DNA of 64,000 nt from Eledone cirrhosa (GCA_964016885.1 OZ024749.1:3038001-3102000); one strand, 5' to 3'; positions 12,743 through 28,321 are shown, counted from the first letter of the stretch. Notes: a model not told the origin generated them from the sequence alone. Numbers and translations are program-made.

Positions 12743-14045
12743 CCTTGAATTGATAAGGCCATGATTGTCACACACACATAAACTCTGTCACATTGAGTAC
12801 TACGATGAATGTGTATGGATCTGCGGAAAGTCAAACAACTACATGTTATTGTTGTGACCCATCTGTTCAAACCATTGGGGTAATCGTCATTGAATTAGCC
12901 AGAGGTCAGACAACACCACTAACAACAACACAAAGAAAGAAGACTAAAATAAATCACATCCTATATATCGAATAAAAAATAATGTGAACAATAATGTGAA
13001 CAAATAAATAAATATTGGAGTGTCACATATTGAGTTAACCGTACTTATAAATTTAGAACAACGTATAATCAAAATAGACACACCATATTTCTGTGTATCG
13101 TACGTGGACAGCATATATGGTTGGCGTTTGGTAGGGGCATCTGATTGTACAATACAGCTTCAAAATACCAGGCCTTCATGTTTTCCAACTCCCCAACCTG
13201 TCAAGATGAAAACAATAGAACAATGGCAGTGAGGAATATGTATATCTTGAGAATTTTAGACCAACAATTAAAAGTGCATAGAAGTTCATCGCTCAACATG
13301 AATGTAAACGCACACTCAGACACACAGACACATACATATAAACATTTACAAATATATATATACATACACACTTACACGTATATATGCAATAATATTTTTT
13401 CTATTGTAATATGATTTTACATTTTATAGCAGCTAAAATAAAACAAAACAAAGCACTTCCTTCATTGTTTCTCGTACATTTTAACTTTAATTCCCAAGTC
13501 TATACATTTTCCATTTTTCCAATATTCCAATATTTGTATTGGAAATCTTAGGGATTCTTTCTTCCTCCATAAAATCTTAATCCTACAGTTGTTGGCACTG
13601 CCTGGGATTCTCAGCAGCAACAGAATGTTAAATGATATCTATACAGCTGCGGTATTCTGATTTTTCCTGAAGAAGGTACCTGTCATTACCCTTCCCTTTG
13701 GCTCTCTGGAGACAATCAGTAATTTAGTGTAACACGTGAAGACATGACAGTCTCTATATGTCTCTTTAACTCCAAGTAACTAATGGTTTAATTAAATATA
13801 TTTTATTTTAACCTCATATTTGGAAATTGATTTTCACAGTATTTATTCACATGCTTTAATTATTGATTTTTTTATTGGCAACTTAAGACAAAAATCAGAA
13901 AGTCCAACAAAATAAGAAACCCGTCAAATCATGTGCTTGTTTTTCTTCTTCTTCTTCTTCTTCTTCTTCTTCTTCTTCTTCTTCTTCTTCCATCAATTCA
14001 TACATACCCCTCCTCCCCCGCCGCCATTATTATCATTACTATTAC

Positions 14046-14091
<46 letters not shown>

Positions 14092-14093
<2 letters not shown>

Positions 14094-16740
14094 AGTTGCA
14101 TTTATCTTGCTTTATGTTCATACGAGTTATCACCAAGTCACAACCAGTGACCTCAAAAGACAACAAGGTCCGCCATGTGATTCATGTGATTCCCTTAGAT
14201 ATGTAGATAATCCAATCGTTGCAGTTTTCCACGTAATGTCTAACTGGATTAATCCACGTCCTCCTTCTTTCCTAGGGAGATATATTCTATCTGTATCTGC
14301 CTTAGGGTGATGCATTCTGTGCATGGTTAAGAACTTTCGAATTTTTGTATCGAGCCTACGGATCTCTGTGCTTGACCAGTTGATGACATTGTAACTGTAG
14401 GTTACTACTGGTATGGCAAGCGAGTTTATGGCATCAATCCTATTCCTTGCATTCAATTCCGTTCTTAAGATTTCTCTTACTCTGCGGTAACATTCCTTCT
14501 TTATCCTTTCCCTCATTGTCGAGTGCTTGATTCCGTCTCCTTCACAAACACCTAGATATTTGTAAGTTTCCTCTTGATCAAGTTCTCTTATCACATTCCC
14601 CCGATCAAGATTAATGTCTGAACTTTTCAGCAGCTTTCCTCTGGTGAACGTTGCTTTGGTGCATTTATCTAGTCCAAACTCCATTTTAATGTCATCACTG
14701 AACTGCTCCACAGTGGATAATAGCCTTTGCAATTGTTCATCATTTTTTGCAAATAGTTTCAGGTCATCCATGTAGAACTAGTGATTAATGGTTTTGTCAT
14801 AGACTTTATATCCATGTTTTGTTTCATTGAGCATTTTACTTAATGGTATAAGTGCGATGCAGAATAAAAGCGGTGATAAAGAGTCACCCTGAAAAATTCC
14901 ACAATTAATATTAACTTCTCCAGCTTCCAGTGATTTTGTTTCACTATTCAAAAGGAGTGTCGTTTTCCATGTCTTCGTACTGAATGACAAAAACCTCCGG
15001 ACAACGGCAAATATTTTGAAAATCTTTAAACATTTTTCAATCCAACTGTGTGGCAAACTATCGAATGCTTTTTTGTAATCTATCCAAGCAATTGATAGAT
15101 TTTTGTGTCTATTATGACAAGCTTCCAGTATCATTTTGTTAACCAAAAGCAGATCCTTACAGCCATATGAGCCTCGTTTACACCCTTTCTGCTCAATGGG
15201 AAATAGGTCATTTTTTATCAGGTGGTCATATGTATATGTATATGTATATGTTAGGACTGATGTTAAAATGTTATACAAGCAAGTTATCGGTCTGTAATTT
15301 TGGGGATTGTTTGTCTCATCATTCTTCGGAAGCAGGAATGTAATGCCGTTAACTAGCCATGATGGTATCTTTTCTGGCTCCTTAACTATTTCATTGTAAA
15401 GTTGGGCTAACAGCTCATGAGACTCTGTGAAGGCATTTATCCAACAATTTTGTATTTTGTCTTTTCCTGGGGATTTCCATTTGCTGATTTTCTAAGAGCC
15501 AAACGCAACTGTTCAACTGTTATATTTTCCCATATTTGTTCCTCAAGGTGAGCTGTATCTTTCATTTGTCTGTCTATCCATGGGGCTTGTATATTATGAA
15601 CTTTTTCTTCGGCCCAGATCTTTTCCAAGAATTCTTGCACTTCCTCATTGGGTGGTATTGATTTAGCAGTTATTGTTGACTTACCAATTTTTCTGTAGAA
15701 GTTTCTTTGGTTGTTTTTGAACATATTATTGTCCTTATAGAATCTAGATCGTTTTTCAAAGCGCCTTATACGAGCAGCTTTGGCCGACACTTTTTGCTTG
15801 ATTATTTCTATCAGCATGTCTATGTCACTTGTTGACTTTATACTGTACTTTCTTTTCAATTTTCTAAGTTTAGTTTGTTTAACATGTTCACCTACTTTAT
15901 AGTTTGTTAAAATGTCTATGTCAGATCGGAGAAGGTTTATTTGGCGATTGATGTTATCTTGCCAAGTAGATTTCTTGTGGGAATTCCTTTGTTTTTTCAT
16001 TTTCACTCCACATAAGTGAGTGGTGACTTTAGTCGATGCATAATAGAGATGATTTAAATCAGTAATGTTTAGTTTGTTTGTGATGATAATGTTTTTAATA
16101 ATTATGTTAGTCTTGTGTATTATCTTTTGGTTCTGTTGGAGTTCTGGATCTTAGCGAGGGTGTCTCGTTCCCCCATGTCAGATTCTTTCATTTCCATCCA
16201 TTCGATCATAATTTCATCCTTCAAGTTGGCAAGTTCATTCTCATTCATTTCTTTATCATTTACGATCTCATTGTTTTCATTTTGAGTTTCATCTTGAGCA
16301 TGCACTCCCTCCACTTTTTCGATTCTTTCTTTAATTTGTTCTGTTGTCAGTGATTCCGCTCCACTCCTGGGATTCGAAGTGTTACAATTTACCACGTTTT
16401 CACTGACACATGTTTCATTTTCCCTTCGCTGACTTTGTGCTAATAGCTTGATCTGATCAATTTCTATAGCAGTTAGTAATTTTTTTTTTAATATTTATTC
16501 GTATATTGGCTAGTGTGTTACTGTCAATATAGCATCTTTTTCCAGTTGATATATGTCTGTTCTGTATTCGATGTATTTGATGGGTAGTACATGGCAGTGT
16601 AGAAAGCCTCAAGGACTTCTTTATTATCTTCCCTTGACCATTTTCTCTCTTTTTCTTTGGATTTGTTGGTGGTGAGCATGGAGGGCCAACAGTAGGAGTA
16701 TTCCGGTTATGGGAGGTCTCCATCTTCGAAGTGATGGGAA
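14092..16740 (-). mobile_element. R4/Dong-like non-LTR retrotransposon, disrupted and internally deleted, inserted in (TAA)n
   Basis: RT motifs NYRPITCL, EQKGC, WIDYKKAFDSLPH, GIFQGDSLSPLLFCIAL, YMDDLKLFAK, YKYLG, HPKADTDRIYLPRKEGGRGL. The zinc knuckle and RLE are missing; a short 3' end runs into (TAA)n. Confidence 0.92.
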
Positions 16741-16756
16741 GGTTTATTATTATTAC

Positions 16757-16787
<31 letters not shown>

Positions 16788-17115
16788 GTTCTTTGAGTCT
16801 CAGTCATTGATGTTAGTTAACTGGAAAGTTTGTTGAAATGAATATCAAGCCACTACCTGCAGCCTCAGATATTCAGGACATATCGGAGGGTTCTTGCTGT
16901 TCCCAGCAAGCATGCCTTTTGAAGCGTGAAGGGGCTAATTTTCTATAACCATCCCTGGAAACCTTTTGAGATAGTACCTAGTGCGCCTATGACAATCGGG
17001 ACCACTTTGACTTCATGGCAGTTCCAAATCCTTTTTACCTCCCACTTTACGTCCTGGTATCAGTTAATTTTCACCCTCTCCTTCTCTTGCACTCTCGTGT
17101 CGAATGGGCAGGCCA

Positions 17116-17116
<1 letters not shown>
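16788..17116 (-). mobile_element. 3' end of a second R4/Dong-like element (RLE endonuclease C-terminus and 3' UTR) within (TAA)n
   Basis: VACPFDTRVQEKERVKIN*YQDVKWEVKRIW...VKVVPIVIGALGTI...LQKACLLGTARTLR. Confidence 0.88.
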
Positions 17117-17170
<54 letters not shown>

Positions 17171-20100
17171 GGCGACCTACGTAGTAATTCGTATTATCGT
17201 GTGCTCCGCAAAGGTTTTTTTATTTTCAGTTGTTTAAAATTGCCATTTATGGAAATGTTTTATTGTTAACTGTATATAAGTGCACATACATTGTTTTCTG
17301 AAAAGGACCCTCAAAAAGATTGGGGCCTTGAGCCCAAAATTTTAAACTTTTATAATTATGAAACAAAGATTTTTCTTTGAAAAATCATGGACGACTCAGA
17401 GTCACACCTTCCTCACAAACTAACACCTCATACCGACACCACCATTGTAAATATTACTACGTTTGCCAACACTAAAAATATAAGCAGGAGCAATATTTTA
17501 AATTTGTCTCAGGCAGACATTCATTTCCCGCCATTACAAATGACTGCAGGTGTTAAAGCCGCCACCCACCACCACCACAGCGACAACAGAAACAAAATAA
17601 AAAGATTAATTAACTGGTGATACCGAAATGAATTCAACCAAATTGAACTCTTCCACACCGAACACCACTGACGCCACCACCACCACAACTGAAACTAAAA
17701 TTAACAATAACAAAAATAACGATAACAACAACAGCAACAATGAAATTAAGAAAACCACCCTGAGATTTGCCAGAGTAGCAAAAAAGTGCGAAGCATTCTA
17801 GGTAACTCAGGAGGAATTAGAAGAAGCCAAAAAAATGGTAAAGAAAGATAGGTACAGGGTCAGTCCCCCGCACACACACACACACCTAATAAAATGGAGC
17901 ATTGGCGCCTATGCACCGTGTCTTATCGGACGATTAACATAAAATCGCGCCGAGTGGAACGGGCATCCGAGTCCCAAATCCAAAAAGCTTTGGGACATGT
18001 GTGGGCAAAAAAAAAACCCACATCAGACGTGGGCAGAAATATGGAACCGTGGAGTGTTCTTTGAAACACCACAGGAGGCCAGAGAACACTCCATGGCCCT
18101 ATTAAGAAGTGACGACTTCACACTCGTACCAAGATATTGTGGCCATAGACTCGTGAAGTTCAGGGTGTCCCACGTTCCACCGGCCATCGAAATTCCCTGG
18201 TTAATAGCTGCCGTCCTCGCCGGCATCGAAGCCAACACCAAGATAATCGAAATAGCGAACGAAAAGCAGGAGAACTGGTCCGGATCTGGGATGGAGCTCC
18301 TGATCCAAGCGAACCAAAAAAAGCATTGAGTAGATCCCAGAGGTAATAGACCTCACTAACGGCAGCCACCTCACCGTAATCGTCGAGTGCAGAAGGCCCA
18401 GGTGTGTCGTTTGTGGTGAAGGAACCCACCTAAGGGCTTTCTTCCCTCAGGCTAAAAGGTTGAGGCCACCTCTCTTACCCACCCCAGTGACTCGACCAAC
18501 AACACCACCAGCAGCAGAAATGGCAGCAACAACGGTAGCAACAACAACAGAAGCAACCGTAACAGCAACAACCCCAGCAACAGGAGCAAAACCAACACCA
18601 CCACCACTCAACGCGCCAGAACTAGCACCAGCGCCTACACCATCCACCACGCCACAACTAAAACCAACGCCTGTGGAGGATTTTCCACTCCCCGACCTAT
18701 CGCAACTGGGGACAGATTGTGACGACGAGGAGTGGGAAACGGTATCAGGAAAAAAGAAAAAAAGAAAAATAAACCAAAAAGAAAAAATCCTCATCCTCGC
18801 CCTCCAAAAACAAAATACAGAGGGAAACAAATAAACGATCAAACAAAAAAGTTAGGACAGCTATGCCACCATCCACACCAGCATCACCAACCTCATCACC
18901 ACAAAGACCAACACCATCACCATCATTAACCCCAACACCACCAACACCAACACCACAAAAGTCACCAAAAAGCGAAACAGAAACAAACCCACAACAAACG
19001 CAAACAAAACAAAACAACCAAAACGATACACACTACACAGCATTAAATTTGAACAACAAACAATTATTACACTGCATCCAACACAACACCAGCATCACAG
19101 AAAAAGACTACACAACAACCCAAAAGTTAACACCACCTCCACACATACAAATCACTCGCATCACACAGAAAAGGTACACATCACTGAAATAAAAATTCCC
19201 CAAAGACATCGGAGACTTCCGACAAGCACTCTCCAGGAGGATTTATAAGGACTTCCTCCCGGAGGAGGCCACAGCCAGTGAAAAGGATGGATAAACCATC
19301 CTTCCTCTACGAGAAGTAAGGTAAGTGGACTTTCCCATCATTTCCACGCCATTTCAACATGACCTCACTCAGAATAGGCAGCATAAATGCGCGTGGCTTG
19401 GGGTGGTCATGGAAGCAGGGCTACCTGCTCAACGACCTCAGGTCACTAAAAATAGATGTAGTGGCCATCAGCGAGACCAGAATCTCCGAAGCACGGGCCT
19501 TCGCACCGATCTGTGTACGCATCTCCCAGCCGTCCTGGATCGGTGGGGAGGAGTTGCTGTGCTTTTTCGGAGAGGTTTGGATCTCGCCATACGGGCCATC
19601 TTCCTGGACCCAGAAGGTAAGTTGGTGGTGCTGGACCTGACCAGCGGAGACGGGCGAGCTTTCAGGCTAGTGGCCGTCTATGCCCCGACAGGAGCAGGGC
19701 GGCCTGGTTTCTTCCGGCGTCTGGAGAACTTTCTTGGAACGTCCCGCTTTTTAGTGTTAGTAGGCGACTGGAACGGGATCTTAGATGCACGCTGGGACTG
19801 TGTGGGATTAGCGGATAGGGGAAGAGGGTGCAAGAGCCTCACCAACCTGCTCAGGCGTTTTGAACTGTATGAGTGGTACCGATTGGATTTCCCGAATGTG
19901 CCAATGTGGACTTAGACAAATCGCATAGGGTCATCCAGATCATATGTAGATAGATCTATTTTGTAGTGAAATAGATAGGTCTAGCATAGGCTGTCCACAG
20001 GTATGGCCCGAGTGAATGGGCCTACTCTGAGTATGTGTCTGTAAATTAAAGGAGGAAAACTGGGAGAGGGCACTTGCCCTGGTGGTCAGGGTCACTGTGG

Positions 20101-20293
20101 CCTTTTAATGGGCTTTCTCCACAAAAGTCCCTTGCAGTCTCCCCCCTATTGGGGAATTTTTCATTGTTATTTTTTGTTACATCCTCTGTTTTTGTTTTTT
20201 TACACGCAGACATGCCCATTTGTACCGTCCTGTATTGTCCTGTACTGTCCTTAATGTCTACTTTATGCAAACCCTTGTGATTAATAAATAAAG

Positions 20294-20297
<4 letters not shown>
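17171..20297 (+). mobile_element. Tx1/L1-like LINE with decayed ORF1, APE domain and 3' UTR (RT deleted); flanked by (ATT)n on both sides
   Basis: ORF1 has a degenerate knuckle RPRCVVCGEGTHLRAFFP (~18390-18450) and a Pro/Thr-rich tail. ORF2 from 19359 reads SINARGL, ISETRI, GGVAVL, VAVYAPT, LVGDWNG, SRSYVDR. The 3' end is aataaataaagc+(att)n. Confidence 0.88.
19359..20000 (+). pseudogene. APE (apurinic-like endonuclease) domain of LINE ORF2, frameshifted
   Basis: ORFs 19359-19640 and 19325-19915 together give the canonical EEP motifs NARG, SET, YAP, GDWN and S.VD. Confidence 0.88.
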
Positions 20298-20333
<36 letters not shown>

Positions 20334-20654
20334 ACTATTATTATTATTATTATTATTTGAAACTACCTGTGAGTTCCACTTCTTTGCCAATCAACTGTCA
20401 TGCAAATGCTGCCACAAGAGCACAAGAGCACATACAGGAGTAAATCTTGCAAAGATTTTAAATCGATAATGCCCATCTAAGGACACGGCAATGCCAGTCA
20501 GCACTGTATTCTGTATCTGTTGCAGCGATGGTTTTCTAGTGATCTGGACCAAATATTTTTTATTACTCTTTTCATCCTTCCAAGTATGCCGAATATCACT
20601 GGTATTGTGCAGGCGACATTATTATTAGTATTATTGTATATTATTAGTATTTGC

Positions 20655-20801
20655 AGCAAAGTGTTACGGTCTTTTATGATCTGAGTTCAAATCCCGTCGA
20701 TGTTAACTTTGCCTTTCATCCTTTTACGGGGTCGATAAAATAAAGTACCAGTAATACACTGGAATAATTGCTGGCCATGTGCCAAGAGTAAAAACAATTA
20801 T
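20655..20801 (+). mobile_element. SINE S1
   Basis: gagttcaaatcccg, core and tail present. Confidence 0.85.
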
Positions 20802-21694
20802 TAGAATTATTGCTATCATTCTACATCCCAAGATGGAAACACATATACATGTTGTCTCAAAAGACATTATCTGAGTACAAATAAGTATACCAAAGTAGAT
20901 AGTAACTTTTGGGACATCCTCTCTATCACGGTATTCCCTTTATTATTTTCCAGATTATCCAGAAACATTTCCTGACAAGGAAAAGATTAGTACAGAAAAT
21001 ATGAGATATTTTAATAATTCCATTCGCCTATCACCCGAGCCTTTATTTGTATGAGTTTTACCTCAATCCATGTTATTAATCTTCAGTCATTTCTTTGTAA
21101 TTTTTGTGCTTTTCATTATTTCTAATTATTTCCATTCGCTTTTCTATTCATATTTTAAGGTTCATTCATCTGCGACGAATCGTTCAACCGTGTATTTGCA
21201 AATCCGTTGCAATCAGTGCATATTAAACAAAACCTTTCACCGACATCCTCCTTCCAATCCCTACCATCGTCAATACGACCAACTCATGCACATCAACTGC
21301 AACACTAACAACACTAAAACAAAATACAGCTTTACAAACAACAGTGAAGCATTCTCACTGCTAAAGGAAACAAAACACACACAGAATAATAACGGTACAA
21401 TCATACAGGATAAAACAAGCAATCTTACAAAACAAATATCCACAACGAAATACAGATTAAACAACTGGATTTCTGAAATATAAACAAATTATTAATTAAA
21501 GACAAATAACAATGAAATAGCAATTGATTATATGAAAAAATGGCAGGAAATTAATGATGCATTCTTCACATGTAACCACATTCAGAACCCGGGGCTGCTA
21601 CAAAACAGGAAAATGATTCATCAACGTTCGTTTATAATTACAAAGCAAAAATCTACTGAACTCCCTAACATGGAAATATACTGTCTATTTCTCT

Positions 21695-21791
<97 letters not shown>

Positions 21792-21880
21792 GTATAAATA
21801 TGTATATATATATATATGTATATATGCATATATATATCTATATATATAAATATATATATATACATATGTATATATATATA

Positions 21881-21911
<31 letters not shown>

Positions 21912-21977
21912 GTATATGTGTATATATATATACACACACATATATATGTATATATACATATATATACATATATATAC

Positions 21978-22094
<117 letters not shown>

Positions 22095-22420
22095 GCAAAA
22101 AGACAAAAACAGTTATAAATTCTTGCAGGGATATATGTACCAAAATACCTTCCAATATCCCAATTCAATTTTTTTTCCGCTTCAATGTCTTCTTTTCGTG
22201 TTCATGTCGTTACGAAGTTTCTGCCCAAACGTGTCTCACATGACTACCGGAAGTTTTAAATATTCCCACACTTTCATCGTTGTTCACAGCCAATCAGTTA
22301 TTTCATTAAAGAGTCAGACGTGAGAACATTCTCCCTTCTCTACCCCTTCTCTCACTCTCTCTCTCTCTATATATATATATTTATATTTACATATGTATAA
22401 ATATATATTTATATATATAA

Positions 22421-22473
<53 letters not shown>

Positions 22474-22904
22474 TTATATATATATATATATTTATATTTA
22501 CATATTTATATATATAAATATATGATATATATATATATATATTTTTATTTACATATTTATATATATATATATATATATATACATATATATACACTCACAC
22601 ACATATATGTTTTGTAAAGTATATGTATATATAAAAATATAACATGTGAAATTATGCTCACACATACGTACATACATACCTGCATACATACCTGTATACA
22701 TACATACTTACATACACAGACACACAGGAGGGATATTACATGGTAGTATGTTTCCTTCTAAACATACAATACACATTCTATATTAGTTTTGTATTGTATA
22801 CTCCTATGTTACTTGCTGTAATTATAAGTCATTGTATAAAGTAAATAACAAACTGCAATAATATTGAAATTAATCAATAATAATAGTAATATCAATAATA
22901 ATTA

Positions 22905-23299
22905 TTTATACTTTTGGCACAAGGCCACAATTATCCCAGTGCATTACTGGTACATTATTTCATCAACCCCGTAAGGATGAAATGCAAAGTTAACCTCAGC
23001 GGCATTTGAACTCAAACCATAAAGGGCCGTAACTCTTTGCGTCAAAGCATGGCGTCCGACCCTCTACCGATACTGCCAATCCACCGCCCTAATATCAATA
23101 TCAATAATCTCAATAATAATAACTGTTTCTACGTTAGGCACAAGGCCAGCAATTACCCAGTGTATTACTGGTACTTTATTTTATCGACCCCGTAAGGATG
23201 AAAGGCAAAGTTAACCTCGGCGGGATTTGAACTCAGAATAGAAGGGCCGTAACTCTATGCGTCAAAGCATGGCATCTGACCCTCTACCAATACTGCCAA
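22905..23299 (-). mobile_element. Two tandem, near full-length SINE S1 copies
   Basis: Copies at 22905-23089 and 23120-23299, each with the A-box (reverse complement tggcagtat(c/t)gg), B-box and core. Confidence 0.88.
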
Positions 23300-23518
23300 T
23301 AATAATAACAATGATAAAAACAATGACAGAACATCCTGAAATACTGCACTGCATTCAACAAAGCGTGATAGAAGAATGTACGTATGCATGTATGCATATA
23401 TCTATGTATGTATGAATATATTTTTGTATGTATGTATATATGTATGTATGTAGGTATGTCTGTATATATGTATGTTTTTATATATGAGTGTATTTCAACT
23501 ACATATATATATATATAC

Positions 23519-23579
<61 letters not shown>

Positions 23580-23599
23580 TACGCGCATATTTATGTCAT

Positions 23600-23651
<52 letters not shown>

Positions 23652-24499
23652 TATACGTGCATATATATGTGACTATATATATATATATATATATGTTTAA
23701 AAGCATACAAACTCACACACAAACACATATATATATACGTGCACACAACTATGCGTGTCTGTGTATGAATACGTATATATATATATATTTATAAATCTCT
23801 TTTTCTGCGCTTGTGTGCTTGTGTATATATATGTATGTATCCCCCCCTCTCACTCTAGCTTACGCCCCCTTTCACTCTTCTGTCACCCTCGCTGTATGCG
23901 TGTAATGGGAGTGTAAATCGCTTAGCTGATTAAATGGCAGACTTTTGAACCATAACAAAAAATCATGTTTTTTCCTCAATGCTTGCTGGTGCAAAAATAT
24001 CTAAATACATAAAAAATTAAATAAAAACGCCTACCCCAAAATACGAACATGTTTCCTACAAGCATTATGTTTTGTTAATAAACTTATCAATGTAATTAAT
24101 GCTGTCTGAAATACGTACGGAAATATATATTTTTTTTGTATTTAAATGTACAATACATTTGAAAAAAGAAAACATTAAAAACAGCAAAGCGTTATATTTC
24201 AAAACACGATGAATATATAAAAATAGAGATTAGTATTAAAAAAAGAGGAGAGGAAGAGAATGACAAGGAAGATATAGAAAATAGTGAAAACGAGATTGTG
24301 TTGAATGTTGGAGCCTGAATTGAGGATATGATAGAAAGGTATTTTTAAAAGTTATGCAGATTTGAATTTTGAAAAATGAACGCAAAATAAATTATAAAAA
24401 TGAAAGTCTACATATGGGGTGATATGGGAAGGATGACAGACTCGTGCATTCTATTGTAAAACAAATGGTCGTCACCCATACACATTGACAATTAATTTC

Positions 24500-24549
<50 letters not shown>

Positions 24550-24554
24550 GTATA

Positions 24555-24669
<115 letters not shown>

Positions 24670-24892
24670 TGTATGTATATATATATATAGAATAAAGAAA
24701 AGCATATTTTATATATTATATATATGTTATATATATATTATATATTATATTATGTATATATATATTATATATATATATATATAATATATTATATATATTA
24801 TATATTATATATATATATATGTGTATAAGTATGTATAAGAAATGAAAATTCGTTTCAATTTTTCTCTTTATATATATATGTATATATATATA

Positions 24893-25042
24893 TAATATTT
24901 ATTAAAATAACAGATTAAATTTTAAGCAAAGAATCGCGGCTTTCACTCTTAACTAAATCTTCTGAAACTAAAAATATATTTTTTTAGTTTCAGAAAGGCC
25001 TGTTAAAGGTAAAAGCAACGATTATTTGCTTAAACTTTAATC
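24893..25042. repeat. Imperfect ~150-bp palindrome next to (TA)n
   Basis: attaaaataacagattaaa...ctgaaactaaaaa / tttttagtttcag...tttaatctgttattttaat. Confidence 0.85.
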
Positions 25043-25658
25043 TGTTATTTTAATAAATATTTGCTCTACGGTTCTTATATATTTGATATATATTTATCCT
25101 TATCGAGCCCTCTTTGGATTTTGTACCACCGGCATTCGCATTCCCAACAATTGCGGCCACGGTTATGCGCAGAATTTTCCTAAGAACCTAACTAATAACT
25201 GTTCGTTGAAACCACCGCATGTTCGCGGCATAGTAAACAACCTCCGCGATATTTTAATGGATTTTTTCGTCGGAATAAATATTTTTCACGCTTTTTAACG
25301 CTAAATTATTAATAAAAATATACCGTACTTGCCGTCCTATAATCCACATTATGTGTTGTCGTTTATAAGCATTTGATAGACAACACAAAGTTTTTGCGGT
25401 TTTTCACACTTCACAGGTGCTCTAGGAATATGGTCCCCGTTAATACTGAGGGACAACTTTCTCTTTCTATATATTAAAATATATATATGGCAGTTGGGCT
25501 AATCGCCCTTCAACCCAATCGACAACAAAGGGCTACCATGATCGCCTTTGAGTCAAAAACGAAAAAAAAAACTCATTTTTATTCTCTGCTTTAGGTCCTT
25601 AAGGCCTCGTGGATGTGTTTACCATCCTTCCTTTGGTATATAAATATTGTGTTATATA

Positions 25659-25714
25659 CACCTGATGATGTAACCTGGTTCGTACGTAACCTGGCCTTTG
25701 AAATGTGCATAGTT
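25659..25714 (+). ncRNA. Hammerhead-like motif (weak stem I)
   Basis: CTGATGA-tgtaacctggtt...-GAAA-TGTGCA-TA-gttt; homologous to 2194-2251. Confidence 0.55.
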
Positions 25715-25804
25715 TTGGCAGAAATAAAAATTCGAAGGAAATCAACCTGTCTGTCATCTTGTCATTTTACTCTATAATATATTAATATATAACAATATAA
25801 TATA

Positions 25805-25836
<32 letters not shown>

Positions 25837-25920
25837 CGATATTAGACATAAAACCACACACACACATGATAAGGTATGTCAGGGGTCGAATATTAATCGA
25901 CACATACCTCTCTCTTCACC

Positions 25921-25954
<34 letters not shown>

Positions 25955-26451
25955 ATTTATACCGCATAAGCAATTACACACACAGGCACACATATAAAAA
26001 AAAGAGAGAGAATGAGAGAGTAAAAGAGAGGGAAAGACAGCCATTGAAACACACGTCTAACGTCTATGAATGATTGTGTGTCTGTGTCAGTGTGTGAATG
26101 TGTTTGTAAGTATACATTTTTTGAATATGCATATGTGTGTCTGTTCTCCAATACAGACTTTACTGAATCCAAATATACTCCGGTTAATCATATTTCAATA
26201 ACCGTCTATGATTTCATGTGTCTCATTCATATATTTAGCACCCTGCTAACTTTCAGTACATTTCCTACCTTCCAACTACAAATACATTTGTTTGCTCTCA
26301 TACTTCCGTTTACATTTATTAATAAAGAGTTCTTTCTACCAACCCGATGTGTGGGGAATTACAAATAAATATGTACTATAAATATGTCTGTAAAGAAATA
26401 ATAATCTAAAAAATGAATACATTCATCCATGCCTCAATTATCAGTGTGTTG

Positions 26452-26510
<59 letters not shown>

Positions 26511-26511
26511 A

Positions 26512-26566
<55 letters not shown>

Positions 26567-26652
26567 AGTGTCTATCTATATATTTACTTATTATCTGTAT
26601 ATTACATCTGTATGGCCATATAGAAAGACACACATATATAAATATAACTATA

Positions 26653-26735
<83 letters not shown>

Positions 26736-26909
26736 ATATATATATGTGTATATATATATATATATAATGTATATATATATATAATGTATATATATATATA
26801 TATGTATATAAATATACATATGTATATATATATATATGTATATAAATATATATATGTATATATATATATATGTATATAAATATATATATGTATATATATA
26901 TAAATATAA

Positions 26910-27006
<97 letters not shown>

Positions 27007-27522
27007 TACATATATATATATACACATGTATATCAGGGGCGGTGCCCCAGCATGACCTCAGCCGGATGGCTGGAACAGGTAAAAGAGTAAAAGAATATAT
27101 ACATACATACAAATAGTTACACACGCCCACATACACATACACACACACGTGTGTGTGTGTGTGTATTCAGGTGTCTCTAAGTTTTCCTATAGCTATGTAT
27201 GTTCAAAGCTTAATGTATATTATACATAAAAGAATCGTAAATGCTTCCACCTAAACCATAATATAAGAATATTACTTATAATTATTCTTATGCTGTCACG
27301 CTCGAAATATAGGGAAACGAATATCTCCAGTAGATATTTCATACGAAATAATTATAGTAACAATAGCTCCTTCTTGTTACCGTAACGACTAATAATCGTT
27401 ACTGACGATGAATAAATACGCAGAAAGAATAGTATGTGGAATTTGATATGTATTGAACTGATTCTAATTGAAAACAGCCAAAGCGCAACTTATATGTTTT
27501 CATATATAAACACAATTACGCC

Positions 27523-27623
<101 letters not shown>

Positions 27624-27668
27624 TTCTCTTTCTCTCTCTTTCTCTTTCGCTATCACTCACACACACAC

Positions 27669-27699
<31 letters not shown>

Positions 27700-27860
27700 C
27701 GGACCCCGGGTGAATTACCGGTCTCTGTCTTCATTTTACAAAGCCCTTTAAACTCTATGTTATTACTCTGAGGTCCTATACCTTGTCGAGTGCTTGGCTG
27801 CACTGCTGAAAGCATTCGTTGGCTCGGCTGAGGCTCTGGCTTCGAATATGCTGTACACTA
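27700..27860 (+). mobile_element. (TA)n-flanked non-coding module (family B; homologues at 30830-31040 and 38270-38505)
   Basis: Shared taaac..atgttattactct(g/a)agg...cc.t(a/g)t(t/c)gag(t/g)gctt.gct... Confidence 0.7.
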
Positions 27861-27861
27861 T

Positions 27862-28161
<300 letters not shown>

Positions 28162-28243
28162 ATATTAAATTACTTTTACTCGGCTATGTATTGAGTACGT
28201 TACTTACTGTGGTAATCTTCGATTTAACCTGGGATCTACACAC

Positions 28244-28321
<78 letters not shown>

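Noticed and set aside
18460-19192. Pro/Thr-rich mucin-like ORFs as a host gene
   Set aside because: They lie between the ORF1 knuckle and the APE of the Tx1-like LINE, so they are the ORF1 low-complexity tail.
21070-21680. Asn/Thr/Lys-rich ORFs with a CNQC motif
   Set aside because: No diagnostic domain; probably an old element remnant, but not supportable.
27385-27437. CTGACGA...GAAAG as a hammerhead
   Set aside because: Stems I and III do not pair; at best it is a heavily decayed copy.
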